This document shows positions 1-8,804 of a stretch of 64,000 nucleotides of DNA, one piece after another. The notes under the pieces were generated by a model that saw only the letters and a program-made list of their open reading frames with translations, was not told the origin of the DNA and made no database searches. A program made the position numbers and the translations under genes. The stretch comes from Actinomycetota bacterium (GTDB lineage: Bacteria; Actinomycetota; UBA4738; HRBIN12): the NCBI GenBank assembly GCA_016201135.1, contig JACQDK010000040.1, forward strand, positions 6,492 through 70,491. Direction: 5' to 3'. Within the stretch, counting starts at the first letter, position 1. Each line of letters begins with the position of its first letter.

Positions 1-141
1 GGAGCGATCCCGGTCCTGCGGGCGGTCCGCGGTCTGGCGGCGGTGGAGGAGGCGCGAGCGGCTCTTGCGGAGGACCTCAACCTGAACGCGCGGCTCGTGC
101 TGGAACGGGCGTTCCTACAGCTCGCGACCGTGGCGGCGTAG
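1..141 (+). CDS. 3' end of a CDS entering from upstream of the window; function not assignable (C-terminal helix pattern faintly like DNA polymerase III delta-prime)
   Basis: Frame 1 is open from nt 1 to TAG 139-141 (...EDLNLNARLVLERAFLQLATVAA*). Absent from the ORF track because it has no start in the window. Confidence 0.35.
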   Translation, partial: GAIPVLRAVRGLAAVEEARAALAEDLNLNARLVLERAFLQLATVAA

Positions 142-262
142 CCGGCCCGGCGCACGCACCCCCGTTGCTAGAGCGCCTCCGCGTCATGCTCGCCTGGAGT
201 CGGGCCGGTCGAGGGCCCTGAAGGCACATGTGTGCGGACATCGACGCGTCCTCCCGGACTCG

Positions 263-1513
263 TCACTGTCGATAGCCGTACACGTAGATCTCGGAGATGG
301 CCGTGTAGTCGAGTCCACCCGGCTTCGACGTGCCGAGGATCTTCACGGTGATCAGAGACGTCGTCGCGCGCAGCTCGACGAACTGGGGAACGGGGACCGG
401 CCGGAACGTCTGGGTAACCGGAGGAAAGCCGGAGATCTGGTAGCGGACCGACGTGATGATCCGGTCCTGGAGGAACCGGTTGGCTCCCGTCTGGGGATCC
501 GTCTTGGCGTAGCCGGGGATCAACCCGATCCGCACGACTTCGATCGGGTTCTCGAAGATCAGCGTGACCCACTCGCCGCGTCCGTCTCCGGCCGTCCGCC
601 AGGCCGTCTGCACGTCGCCGTCGACCACGTTCGCCGGCACGTACGTGACGATGTTCCCCGACGCGTCGTGCGACGACGGCGCCGTGTTGCTCGCCGTCAC
701 CTGGACGCCTTCCCGGATGAGTCGCGGCGGCGCCGCGGACGGCGAGGAGCCCTCCTGCCGCGTCGTCTGGCCACGGAGCTCGGCGAACGCGAACCCCGCG
801 GCCGCGAGGATGAGCACCGTCGCAGCGGCGATCCAGGCCGCCCGCCGCCGCCGCGGGGCCGCTGTAGGCGGTCTGCGCGACACCGGCGCCCGCGGGGACG
901 TCTTCGTCGTGCCGGTCGAGCCGGCCAGCGCCGCGCGGAGGTCCTGCGTCAGCTCGCGGCACGAGCCGTAGCGCTCCTGAGGCGTCTTCCTGAGCGCGCG
1001 GGCAACGACCGCGTCCACGACCGGGGGCAGGCCCGGCCGGACGGCGCTCGGCGCCGCCGCCTCCTCGTGCAGGTGCGCGTAGAGGGTCGCCGGAGGGCTC
1101 CGGCCCGCGAACGGCGGGCGTCCCGCGAGGCACTCGTATAGCACGCACCCCAGGGAGTAGAGGTCGGCTCGCCCGTCGATGCTGCTGCTCTCGATCTGCT
1201 CGGGTGCGACGTAGTCCGCGGTTCCCACCATCCGGCCGGTCGCGGTGATCGTCGCGGCCGACGACGCGGTCCACATGCTGACGCCGAAGTCCGTCAGGTA
1301 GCAGAAGTCGCCGCCCTCCGTGTCCGACGTCAAGGCGATGAGGAAGGTCTCATCGCCGGCGAATGCCGGGTGGATCAGCTTCAGCGCCACCTTGCGCTCT
1401 GGCGACCGCTGACGCGCGACGTAGACCACACCCATCGCGCCGCGCCCCAGCACCGACTCGATCGAGTACCCGCCGACGTCGGTGCCGACCATCACATCCG
1501 GGTCCACCTGCAC
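263..1513 (-). CDS. Ser/Thr protein kinase-like membrane protein lacking the catalytic core (probable pseudokinase or in-frame deleted gene), with C-terminal extracellular discoidin/galactose-binding-like domain
   Basis: G-loop GRGAMGVVY and VALK are followed almost directly by LTDFGVS and ADYVAPE. No HRDxKxxN loop, hinge or alphaC. Then a Pro/Arg linker, TM helix (AAWIAAATVLILAAAGFAFA) and a beta-rich domain (VVDGDVQTAWRT...EIYVYG). Confidence 0.8.
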   Translation of the reverse strand: MQVDPDVMVGTDVGGYSIESVLGRGAMGVVYVARQRSPERKVALKLIHPAFAGDETFLIALTSDTEGGDFCYLTDFGVSMWTASSAATITATGRMVGTADYVAPEQIESSSIDGRADLYSLGCVLYECLAGRPPFAGRSPPATLYAHLHEEAAAPSAVRPGLPPVVDAVVARALRKTPQERYGSCRELTQDLRAALAGSTGTTKTSPRAPVSRRPPTAAPRRRRAAWIAAATVLILAAAGFAFAELRGQTTRQEGSSPSAAPPRLIREGVQVTASNTAPSSHDASGNIVTYVPANVVDGDVQTAWRTAGDGRGEWVTLIFENPIEVVRIGLIPGYAKTDPQTGANRFLQDRIITSVRYQISGFPPVTQTFRPVPVPQFVELRATTSLITVKILGTSKPGGLDYTAISEIYVYGYRQ

Positions 1514-1553
1514 ATCATGCGGGACGCGGCCGCTGGCGTCTGTACCCCGGTCG

Positions 1554-2213
1554 CTAGGTGTCGCGGGAAGGACCCTTGAGGATCTCGGCGGTGTTCACGG
1601 CACCGCGCCGGATCGCCTCGTTCGCCAGTTGGGCCCGGCGGCCCTCCTGCTCGGGGATCCCGAACTTGTCGTAGAGGCGCGAGACGTGCTGCTTCACGGC
1701 GGCCTCGCTGACCACCAGCTCGCTGGCGATCTGCCGGATCGTTGCCGGCTCCCGGAAGACGTCGCCGGAGAACATCGGCCCGCACAGCGCGACGAGCACC
1801 TCCCGCTCCCGCCTGGTGAGGGCGGGCCCCGACTCGGCGCCGACCGTCGCATCGTCGGGCACCCCGCCGTCGTCGACGCGAGCGACGAACCTGACGGTGC
1901 CGACGCGGATCTCATCCCCGGCACGGAGCGGGCATTCGCGCCAGATACGCTCCCCGTTCACGAAGGTCCCGTTCCGCGACGACAGGTCTCGGACGCACCA
2001 CTGCGAGGCGACGCGTTCGATGACCGCGTGCACGCGCGAGACCGTGCGGTCGAAGGGCAGAGGCACGTCATTCGTGGGCGACAGGCCGATCGTGAGCCGC
2101 TCGCCGGTCAGCGGGATCAGCTCGCGGGTGCCGTTGACCCACTGCTCGAGGTGGTCGTCCTGGCGGCGCCGGCGTCCCTCGCGCGCAGGCTCCCCTCCGC
2201 GGATGTCACCCAT
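1554..2213 (-). CDS. FHA domain fused to LuxR/GerE-type HTH transcriptional regulator
   Basis: FHA core (LTIGLSP...VSRVHAVIE...DLSSRNGTFVNGERI) followed by a GerE HTH (LTRREREVLVAL...IASELVVSEAAVKQHVSRLYDKFG). ATG 2213, TAG 1554. Lies 40 nt upstream of the kinase-like gene on the same strand. Confidence 0.85.
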   Translation of the reverse strand: MGDIRGGEPAREGRRRRQDDHLEQWVNGTRELIPLTGERLTIGLSPTNDVPLPFDRTVSRVHAVIERVASQWCVRDLSSRNGTFVNGERIWRECPLRAGDEIRVGTVRFVARVDDGGVPDDATVGAESGPALTRREREVLVALCGPMFSGDVFREPATIRQIASELVVSEAAVKQHVSRLYDKFGIPEQEGRRAQLANEAIRRGAVNTAEILKGPSRDT

Positions 2214-2235
2214 GGTGACGGAAACCTACCTCCGC

Positions 2236-2326
2236 GCGACGCAAGCGTCGCTTGTCGGCGATGGCATCGCGCCTGGAAGCCCGCGCACGATGGGGGCGGC
2301 GGAGAGTGAGGTGCGCGCGGGCGCAC
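2236..2326. promoter_or_regulatory. Two perfect GC-rich palindromes in the divergent intergenic region (candidate operator sites)
   Basis: GCGACGC-AA-GCGTCGC at 2236-2251 and GTGCGC-GCGG-GCGCAC at 2311-2326, between the FHA-LuxR start (2213) and the + strand gene start (2356). Confidence 0.3.
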
Positions 2327-2355
2327 CCCAGGGGATCCGCGAGAAGGAGAGGAAC

Positions 2356-2967
2356 ATGGACGGGCAGAGGAACCACAAGCCGGCCCTGCGGGGCCACCGG
2401 CGCATCGGCGTGGTCGTCGCGGGGGCGCTCGTCCTCGCGCTCGGCGCCACCGGCGTGCATGCGGCGTTCGGCGACCGGACCGCGGCCGGGCCGGTGACCC
2501 AGCCGAGTCCGACCTTGTCCGGCAGTCATCCCGCGCCCCACCTGCCCACGCCGACGGTCGAGCCGACGCCGACGGATCCGAGCGCGCTCGCCGACGGGAT
2601 CTACCCGACGTACGTCGTCGACGTGGATGTCCGGGGCGCAACCGTCACCGTCGACGTGATCCAGACGTTCTTCGGGGCGGCCGCCCACCAGGCGGCGACC
2701 CAGGACGGTGTTCCGTGGAAGGACGTGCGGTACTACCCGGTGTACATCCGCAACGAGAACGACCTGCTCCGGACCCTCCCCGTGGATCGTGACGTGCGGG
2801 TCAAGCTCCTCGGCGAATGTGTGGCGCCGAGCCGTACGGTCGGGCTCAGGGAGCTGCGTGAGGTGGCGATCCCGTTCACCGAGCCCTCCGACTACTACTA
2901 CGAGGTCTCGGTCGCCGACGGAAGCATCGTGGGGATCACCCAGAAGGTCGCCGTCTCGGGTTGTTGA
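2356..2967 (+). CDS. Hypothetical membrane-anchored or secreted protein
   Basis: ATG 2356 preceded by GAGAAGGAGAGG. N-terminal basic stretch plus hydrophobic helix (RRIGVVVAGALVLALGATGVHAA), Pro/Thr linker, ~130 aa globular part. The upstream part of track ORF 1816-2967 is off-frame-like Arg/Ser-rich sequence. Confidence 0.6.
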   Translation: MDGQRNHKPALRGHRRIGVVVAGALVLALGATGVHAAFGDRTAAGPVTQPSPTLSGSHPAPHLPTPTVEPTPTDPSALADGIYPTYVVDVDVRGATVTVDVIQTFFGAAAHQAATQDGVPWKDVRYYPVYIRNENDLLRTLPVDRDVRVKLLGECVAPSRTVGLRELREVAIPFTEPSDYYYEVSVADGSIVGITQKVAVSGC

Positions 2968-3026
2968 GTGTGAACGGAGTGGGATACGCGAGCGCCGGGA
3001 GCCGACCTTCGATAGGAGCGCGGTGG

Positions 3027-3861
3027 ATGGCGGGGGCGAGCGTAGTGCTCGCCCTCGCGTCCTGTGTGACCGGCGCTGCCGAGCCGCCCGCCTCGACCGA
3101 CCCGCCGGGCGCGGGAGCCAGAAGGATCCCGTGACGACCTCACGATCGTAAATCTCGAATGCCCGGCCACGGACGTACGTGATCCGGCACCCAAGGCCTT
3201 CACGATCCACTGCGACCCCCGGGCGCTTCCGGCTGCTCGCCGCGCCGGCGTCGACGTCGCGAGCCAAGCGAACAACCACGCCTACGACGAGGGTCCGGCC
3301 GGGCTGCTGGACTCGCTGGACGCGGTCAGAGCCGCGGGGCTCGTCCCGGTGGGCGCCGGAGCCGATCAGGCCGAGGCCGTTCGCGCCGCGTTCTTCCGGA
3401 CGGCCGGCTGGAACGTCGCGGTGCTCGGGATCGACGAGGTGCTGGACCCGGTGGACGAGGTCGCGGGCCCCGACAAGCCCGGGACGGCGGTGGGGCACGA
3501 CTTCGGGATGGCGTTGCGGGCGGTTCGCGTAGCGGCTGCCTCCTCGGACCTCGTCGTCGTCATGATCCACTGGGGCGTCGAGCTCGACGCCAGCCCGAGG
3601 CCTTACCAGGTCCGGCAGGCCCACCGCATGATCGATGCCGGCGCGGACGTGATCTTCGGAGGGCACGCGCACGTGCTCCAGCCGATGGAGACCTACCGGA
3701 GCCGACCCATCTTCTACAGCCTGGGCAACTTCGTGTGGCCGCGCGTGTCACGGGTGGGGGCGGCGAGCGCCGTGGCGGAGGTCACCGTCGAGCCCGACGG
3801 CACTGTGACGGGCCGCCTTTTGCCGGTCGAGATCGTCTCGGACGGCCACCCGGTCATCTGA
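3027..3861 (+). pseudogene. CapA/PGA-synthesis family metallophosphatase, N-terminal region deleted and frameshifted
   Basis: A lipoprotein signal peptide (MAGASVVLALASC) in frame 0 stops at TGA 3132-3134. The CapA body (DDLTIVNLECP...ASQANNHAYDEG...VVVMIHWGVE...IFGGHAHVLQP...YSLGNFV) continues in frame 1 with no start codon until GTG 3349. The first GD metal motif block is missing. Confidence 0.7.
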
Positions 3862-4087
3862 GGGAGTCCCCACCCGCGCCGGAGGAGTGGCTCGATGGTG
3901 AGGGCCCCGGCGGGACGGCTCGGATACGGCCTCGTGGAGCTCCGGTAGTACGCCGAGCCTGGGTGAGCACGTTCTCGCCTCATCTCACTCGCGCAGCTGA
4001 TCCGGCGACGACCGGATCCTCCGGATAGACTTTCCAGTCGGATCCAGGTCGCGTGTCGAGTTTTCTGCCACGTTTCCTGGATCCCCC

Positions 4088-4161
4088 GCCGGAGTAGCTC
4101 AGCCTGGCAGAGCAACCGCCTCGTAAGTGGTAGGTCAGGGGTTCGAATCCCCTCTCCGGCT
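4088..4161 (+). tRNA. tRNA-Thr (anticodon CGT)
   Basis: 74-nt cloverleaf folded by hand: acceptor GCCGGAG/CTCCGGC, D stem GCTC/GAGC, anticodon stem ACCGC/GTGGT with loop CTCGTAA, T arm AGGGG-TTCGAAT-CCCCT, discriminator T. Confidence 0.95.
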
Positions 4162-4225
4162 CTCTCGTCCATGCCCCGGCCGGGGATAGGATCGCGGGCG
4201 ACGTTTCCAGCGAGGGAGGACCCAC

Positions 4226-4999
4226 ATGGACCAGGGATCCGGCTTCGGGTTGCCGCCAGCCCCACCGCTCCTCCCGAAGGGTATCGGCGACATCCTGACC
4301 GCCGCCTTCACGCTCTACAAGCAGCATTGGCAGGGCCTCGTCAAGATCGTCGCCATCGTGGCCGTTCCGCTGACCTTCCTCCAGTTCCTCCTGGTGGACA
4401 TCGCGTTCCGGACAGGCGGCTTCGGGCAGGCCGCGGTCGGCGGCGCCATAGCCGGACTCTTCACGGTGGTGATCTACTCGGCCTTCGCGGGGGCCATCAC
4501 TCGTGCCGCCGCCGGTTCGGTCGTCGGCATGCCGATCTCGGTGGAGGAGAGCTACCGCTACGGGATGGCGCGCTTGGGCCCGATCATCTGGGTCGCGGTG
4601 CTCACCGGTCTCGCCGTCTTCGCCGGTTTCTTCGTCTTCTTCGTGGGAGCGATCATCGCGGCGATCAAGCTGGCGGTCGGCGTGCCCGTCTTGGTGGTGG
4701 AGGGCAAGCGCGGCGCAGCGGCCCTGTCCCGATCGTGGGAGCTCACCACCGGGCACTTCTGGCACGTGCTGGGGACCGTGATCGTGGCCGGACTCATCTC
4801 GAGCATCGTCGGCCAGGTCCTGCAGGCGCCGTTCTCGGGAGCGGGATGGTTCGGTCTGGCGATCGGAGCCTCGATCGCGCAGATCGTCACGGCCCCGTTC
4901 ACGGCGATCGTCTCGATCCTCGTCTACCTGGATGTTCGGGCACGCAAGGAGAGTCTCAGCTCCGACGGGCTCCGGGCCGAGCTCTCTCGATCGGCCTGA
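4226..4999 (+). CDS. Polytopic membrane protein (GDPD-membrane-domain/DUF975-like family)
   Basis: ATG 4226. Six or more hydrophobic helices. N-terminal GIGDILTAAFTLYKQHWQGLV and C-terminal LVYLDVRARKE are typical of this membrane family. Confidence 0.7.
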   Translation: MDQGSGFGLPPAPPLLPKGIGDILTAAFTLYKQHWQGLVKIVAIVAVPLTFLQFLLVDIAFRTGGFGQAAVGGAIAGLFTVVIYSAFAGAITRAAAGSVVGMPISVEESYRYGMARLGPIIWVAVLTGLAVFAGFFVFFVGAIIAAIKLAVGVPVLVVEGKRGAAALSRSWELTTGHFWHVLGTVIVAGLISSIVGQVLQAPFSGAGWFGLAIGASIAQIVTAPFTAIVSILVYLDVRARKESLSSDGLRAELSRSA

Positions 5000-5034
5000 A
5001 GGTTCCCGAGCCCCTGTTGCTAGAATCGCGGCCG

Positions 5035-5682
5035 ATGAAGACTTGGCGGAAGTCGCTGTTGGCGTGCCTCGGTTCCTTCGTGACGCTGACGGTGGCCGCA
5101 TCCACCGCAGCCGCCCAGGTGATCAACTCGCCCGACTACAAGCCGGCGAAGAACACCGGGGGCTGGGTGTACCAGTTCGCGATCCTGCTCGGGCTGCTCG
5201 CGTCCGTGACGGTGATCCTTCTCGTGATCTCGTACATGATGCGGGCTCCCCGGTTCGCCCGGCAGGAGGAAGGGCTCAAGGTGGTGCGCGCCGACCGGGT
5301 GCACCCCGGCAAGGACTTGCCGCGCCGCGCCGTGGACGTCTCGCAGGCGGTCCAGATGGTGGTTGCTCCGCCGGCCGTCCCCTCCAGCGTGCCTGCGGCG
5401 GTCGCGGTCTCAGTGGCGCCTCCGTCTGCTGCCCCGGCTCCCGCACCGGTCCCCGCTGCGGCCCCGGCGGCTGCACCCTCCGCCCCGGCTGCTGCGCCGT
5501 CACCCGCGGCCCCGGCAGCACCCGCACCCTCCGCCGAACGTCACGAGGTGCCGCTCGACCAGGCGACGTTCGACAAGACCCTCGAGGAGCTCCTGGCGAA
5601 GGGGACCGACCGCCGGGTCGCAGAGGGCAAGGCCCGCCGCGCGGCCATGATCGCGGCGCGGAAGAAAGCCGCGGAGGGCTAG
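5035..5682 (+). CDS. Hypothetical membrane protein with Pro/Ala-rich low-complexity region
   Basis: ATG 5035. Signal-like N-terminus (LLACLGSFVTLTVAASTAAAQ), one TM (FAILLGLLASVTVILLVISYMM), a (P/A)n tract of about 60 aa, then a charged C-terminal helix. The track ORF starting at 4171 is over-extended. Confidence 0.6.
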   Translation: MKTWRKSLLACLGSFVTLTVAASTAAAQVINSPDYKPAKNTGGWVYQFAILLGLLASVTVILLVISYMMRAPRFARQEEGLKVVRADRVHPGKDLPRRAVDVSQAVQMVVAPPAVPSSVPAAVAVSVAPPSAAPAPAPVPAAAPAAAPSAPAAAPSPAAPAAPAPSAERHEVPLDQATFDKTLEELLAKGTDRRVAEGKARRAAMIAARKKAAEG

Positions 5683-5697
5683 CCGCCCCGGCCCGCC

Positions 5698-6765
5698 ATG
5701 GACGCGGCCAAGGTCGACTGGTCGATGGGATCGGCCTCCGCACGCCTCGCGGACTGGTCGACTGCGCTCGACATCGGTCGGCGCGTCGCCGGCCCCGGGG
5801 TTCGCGTGACCGCTGTCGACCGGGCCCGCATGCGCGAAGACATCGCCGAGCTCACGGCCCTGTCCGAGTCCCTCGTCCGCACGTTCACCGGCCTTTCCGC
5901 AGACGGCTTCCGCGCGCGCGCCTGGGTGATGTCCCGCGGCGAGTGGATCGGAGCGAACCTGAAGTCGATCCAGCGGTTGCTCGACCCGCTCTCCGAGCGG
6001 ATGGTGGGTGAGCACCGGGGCGAGGTGCGCCGCAAGGCGTTCGGGGTGCAGTTCGGCGCACTGCTCGGCTACGTCTCCCGCAAGGTGCTCGGGCAGTACG
6101 ACGTGTTCCTCCCGCCGGACGACGAGGGTCTGATCTACTTCGTGGGGCCGAACGTTGCCGAGGCCGAGCGCCGCTTCGCCCTGCCACCACGAGACTTCCG
6201 ACTGTGGATCTCCCTGCACGAGGTCACCCACCGGGTGCAGTTCGCCGCGGCGCCGTGGCTCCGCAGCTACCTCGGCGGGTTGATCGACTCGTACCTGTCC
6301 ACGGTTCAGGTCGACTCGAGGGAGATGATGAAGCAGCTCCAGCGGGCCGCGGAGGAGATCAAGGCCGGCGCCGAGTGGAGGGGCGCGGGCGCGCTTTCCC
6401 TGCTGCTCACCCCGGAGCAGCGCGAGATCTTCTCCAGGATGCAGTCGTTGATGGCGCTCCTTGAAGGGCACGCCTCGTTCGTGATGAACGAGGTGGCCGA
6501 GGGCCGCGTCAGGGACCTCGCGCGCATGCGCCGAGCCCTGCAGCAGCGCCGGAGCTCCTCTGGTCTGGAGCGGACGTTCCAGCGCGCGATCGGTTTCGAG
6601 TCGAAGGTGAAGCAGTACGACACGGGGGAGCGTTTCGTCCGCGAGGTGGTCGCCCGCGCAGACATGCAGGCCTTCAACCGCGCGTGGGAGAGCGAGGCGA
6701 ACCTGCCGACGCCGGCCGAGATCGCCGAGCCCGCGCGCTGGGTGGAAAGGGTGGTCGGGAGGTAG
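5698..6765 (+). CDS. Zinc-dependent metalloprotease, DUF2342 family
   Basis: HExxH motif in WISLHEVTHRVQFAAAPWLRSYL. Sits directly upstream of tilS, as in other actinobacteria. Confidence 0.75.
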   Translation: MDAAKVDWSMGSASARLADWSTALDIGRRVAGPGVRVTAVDRARMREDIAELTALSESLVRTFTGLSADGFRARAWVMSRGEWIGANLKSIQRLLDPLSERMVGEHRGEVRRKAFGVQFGALLGYVSRKVLGQYDVFLPPDDEGLIYFVGPNVAEAERRFALPPRDFRLWISLHEVTHRVQFAAAPWLRSYLGGLIDSYLSTVQVDSREMMKQLQRAAEEIKAGAEWRGAGALSLLLTPEQREIFSRMQSLMALLEGHASFVMNEVAEGRVRDLARMRRALQQRRSSSGLERTFQRAIGFESKVKQYDTGERFVREVVARADMQAFNRAWESEANLPTPAEIAEPARWVERVVGR

Positions 6766-6767
6766 CC

Positions 6768-7787
6768 GTGGCCGGTGTGCGGCGTCCGCCGGCCGTCGCG
6801 AGGGTGCTCGAGCAGGTCACGGCGACGATCCGCGAGCACGACATGTTCCGCCCGGGGGACCTCGTCCTCGTGAGCGTCTCGGGTGGCCCCGACTCCGTAT
6901 GCCTGCTCTACGCCCTGTGGTACCTGCGCAGGCTATTTCGGATCCGGCTCGCGGTGTTCCACTTCGACCACCGTCTCCGCCCGGACTCCGGCGATGACGC
7001 CGAGTACGTCCGGAGGCTGTGCGTCCGCCTGAAGGTGCCGTTCCACCTGGTCGAGGCTGCTTCCTCGCCGCGGCGGGGACAGTCCGTCGAGGCCTGGGCG
7101 CACCTGGAGCGCAAGCGAGCGAGCGCCGCCGTCGGCAACGAGCTCGGATCCTCGGTGCGGGCGATCGCGCACACGCTCGACGATCAGGCCGAGACGGTGC
7201 TGATGGCCGTGATCACGGGATCCGGGCTCGACGCCGTCGCCGGACTGCGGCCGGCCGGCGGCCGGGAGGTCCGGCCGCTGCTCGGCGTGACCCGGAGCCA
7301 GGTCGAGGCCTTCTGCCGCGCGCTCCGGCTGAGGCCGCGGCGCGATCCCACCAATCGCGACCCCGACCTGCTGCGCAACGCGATCCGCCTCAAGGGCATT
7401 CCTGCGCTGGAACGGGCGACCGGCAGGAGCCTGCGCGAGCCGATCGCACGGACCGGATCCAACCTCCGGGAGGACGCGGTGGAGCTCTCCCGGCAGGCGG
7501 AGGAGTACGCGGGCCGCTGGCTCCCGAGGGCATCGGCATCCGGTGACGCTCGTCTGCCCGCGAGGGAGCTCTCCGCGCTTCCGCGGGCGGTCGCGGCGCG
7601 GGTGGTCCGCCGCGCGCTGGCCCCTTCGGGCAGGTCCAGCTCGCCGGAGATCGAGGCGGTCCTCGACCTGGCCTCCGGCCGCCCAGGACGACGGCTCGAT
7701 CTGTCCGGGGGATTGAAGGCGTGGCGGGACCGCGAGTATGTTCACGTCTCGTACCCGGACCGCACGCCGACCCACGGGGAACGCTGA
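6768..7787 (+). CDS. tilS: tRNA(Ile)-lysidine synthase
   Basis: PP-loop [19 protein letters not shown] 6768 lies 3 nt after the upstream stop. Stop TGA 7785-7787 overlaps the hpt ATG. Confidence 0.9.
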   Translation: MAGVRRPPAVARVLEQVTATIREHDMFRPGDLVLVSVSGGPDSVCLLYALWYLRRLFRIRLAVFHFDHRLRPDSGDDAEYVRRLCVRLKVPFHLVEAASSPRRGQSVEAWAHLERKRASAAVGNELGSSVRAIAHTLDDQAETVLMAVITGSGLDAVAGLRPAGGREVRPLLGVTRSQVEAFCRALRLRPRRDPTNRDPDLLRNAIRLKGIPALERATGRSLREPIARTGSNLREDAVELSRQAEEYAGRWLPRASASGDARLPARELSALPRAVAARVVRRALAPSGRSSSPEIEAVLDLASGRPGRRLDLSGGLKAWRDREYVHVSYPDRTPTHGER

Positions 7788-8203
7788 TGACTCTCACCGG
7801 GCAACCTCCGGTATCCGCCCCTACACTCAAGGCCCACGTGGCCGCCTACGAGAACGACATCGACAAGATCCTCGTCTCCGAGAGCCAGATCCAGGCCAAG
7901 CTCGCCGAGCTGGGGCAGCGCATCACGAAGGACTACGAAGGCCGGAACCTCCTGCTGGTGGGCGTGCTGAAGGGCGCATTCGTCGTGATGGCCGATCTGT
8001 CGCGGCACATCCTTCTCCCGCTCGAGTTCGACTTCATGGCGGTCTCTTCCTACGGGATGGCCACGAAGACGAGCGGGGTGGTCCGGATCATCAAGGGCTT
8101 CGAGATCCCGAACGAGTTCGTCGTGGGCTACGGCCTCGACTACGGGGAGAAGTACCGGAACCTGCCCTACGTCGCCACGCTCAAGCCCGAGGCCTACGCC
8201 TGA
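7787..8203 (+). CDS. hpt: Hypoxanthine phosphoribosyltransferase with in-frame loss of the PRPP-binding block (138 aa, probably non-functional)
   Basis: [17 protein letters not shown]...DFMAVSSYG...SGVVRIIK joins directly to [25 protein letters not shown]. The approximately 59 aa containing the [13 protein letters not shown] motif are absent (junction 8095/8096). Confidence 0.85.
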   Translation: MTLTGQPPVSAPTLKAHVAAYENDIDKILVSESQIQAKLAELGQRITKDYEGRNLLLVGVLKGAFVVMADLSRHILLPLEFDFMAVSSYGMATKTSGVVRIIKGFEIPNEFVVGYGLDYGEKYRNLPYVATLKPEAYA

Positions 8204-8245
8204 CCGGTGGGAACCCCTGCGCGCCGCGCGGACGTCCCATCGGCG

Positions 8246-8632
8246 ATGAGACGGACGATGCCGCTCGCCGCGCTCCTGCTGCTCGTGCTCGTTTCGTGCG
8301 GCGCGCGGAACGTCGCGGGCGACGGCACCGCGGGCATCCAGGGCGAAGTCCTGATCGGGCCGACCTGCCCGGCCGAGCGCCTGGACTCCCCTTGTCCTCC
8401 AGCGCCGTTCGCTGCGCGGATCACCGTGTCGAAGGACGGCGACGTCGTGACGACGGTCGAGACTCCGCCCGACGGCACCTTCCGGATCCCGCTCGCGCCG
8501 GGGACGTACTCGCTCCGGGCGACGCCGCTCCAGGAGAACCCGATCGCGAGGACGAGGCCTCTGCCTGCGGTGACGGTGCGCGAAGGCGCCTTCACCAGCG
8601 TGACCATCATGTTCGACAGCGGCATCCGGTAG
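8246..8632 (+). CDS. Lipoprotein with carboxypeptidase-regulatory-like beta-sandwich
   Basis: MRRTMPLAALLLLVLVSC lipobox. The body (GEVLIGPTCP...DGTFRIPLAPGTYSLRATP) resembles CarboxypepD_reg-type folds. Confidence 0.6.
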   Translation: MRRTMPLAALLLLVLVSCGARNVAGDGTAGIQGEVLIGPTCPAERLDSPCPPAPFAARITVSKDGDVVTTVETPPDGTFRIPLAPGTYSLRATPLQENPIARTRPLPAVTVREGAFTSVTIMFDSGIR

Positions 8633-8804
8633 GGCCCCCCTCGCGGGCGCGCGGTGCTACCATCGGGCAACGGGCTTTCGGATCGCCGGCGTCGGCGAAC
8701 CGGAGCCCCGACGCATCTTCCGCGCGCCGAGGAGGAACGCCCTGAACGAACCCGAGAGTCCGCTCCGGAGGATCGCGCGGACGCCGACCCTCTACATCAT
8801 CCTG

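Noticed and set aside
5380-5530. Repetitive GC-rich tract that might be a tandem repeat array or CRISPR-like.
   Set aside because: It is in-frame Pro/Ala low-complexity coding sequence (PAAAP-type) inside the 5035-5682 gene. It has no spacer/repeat periodicity.
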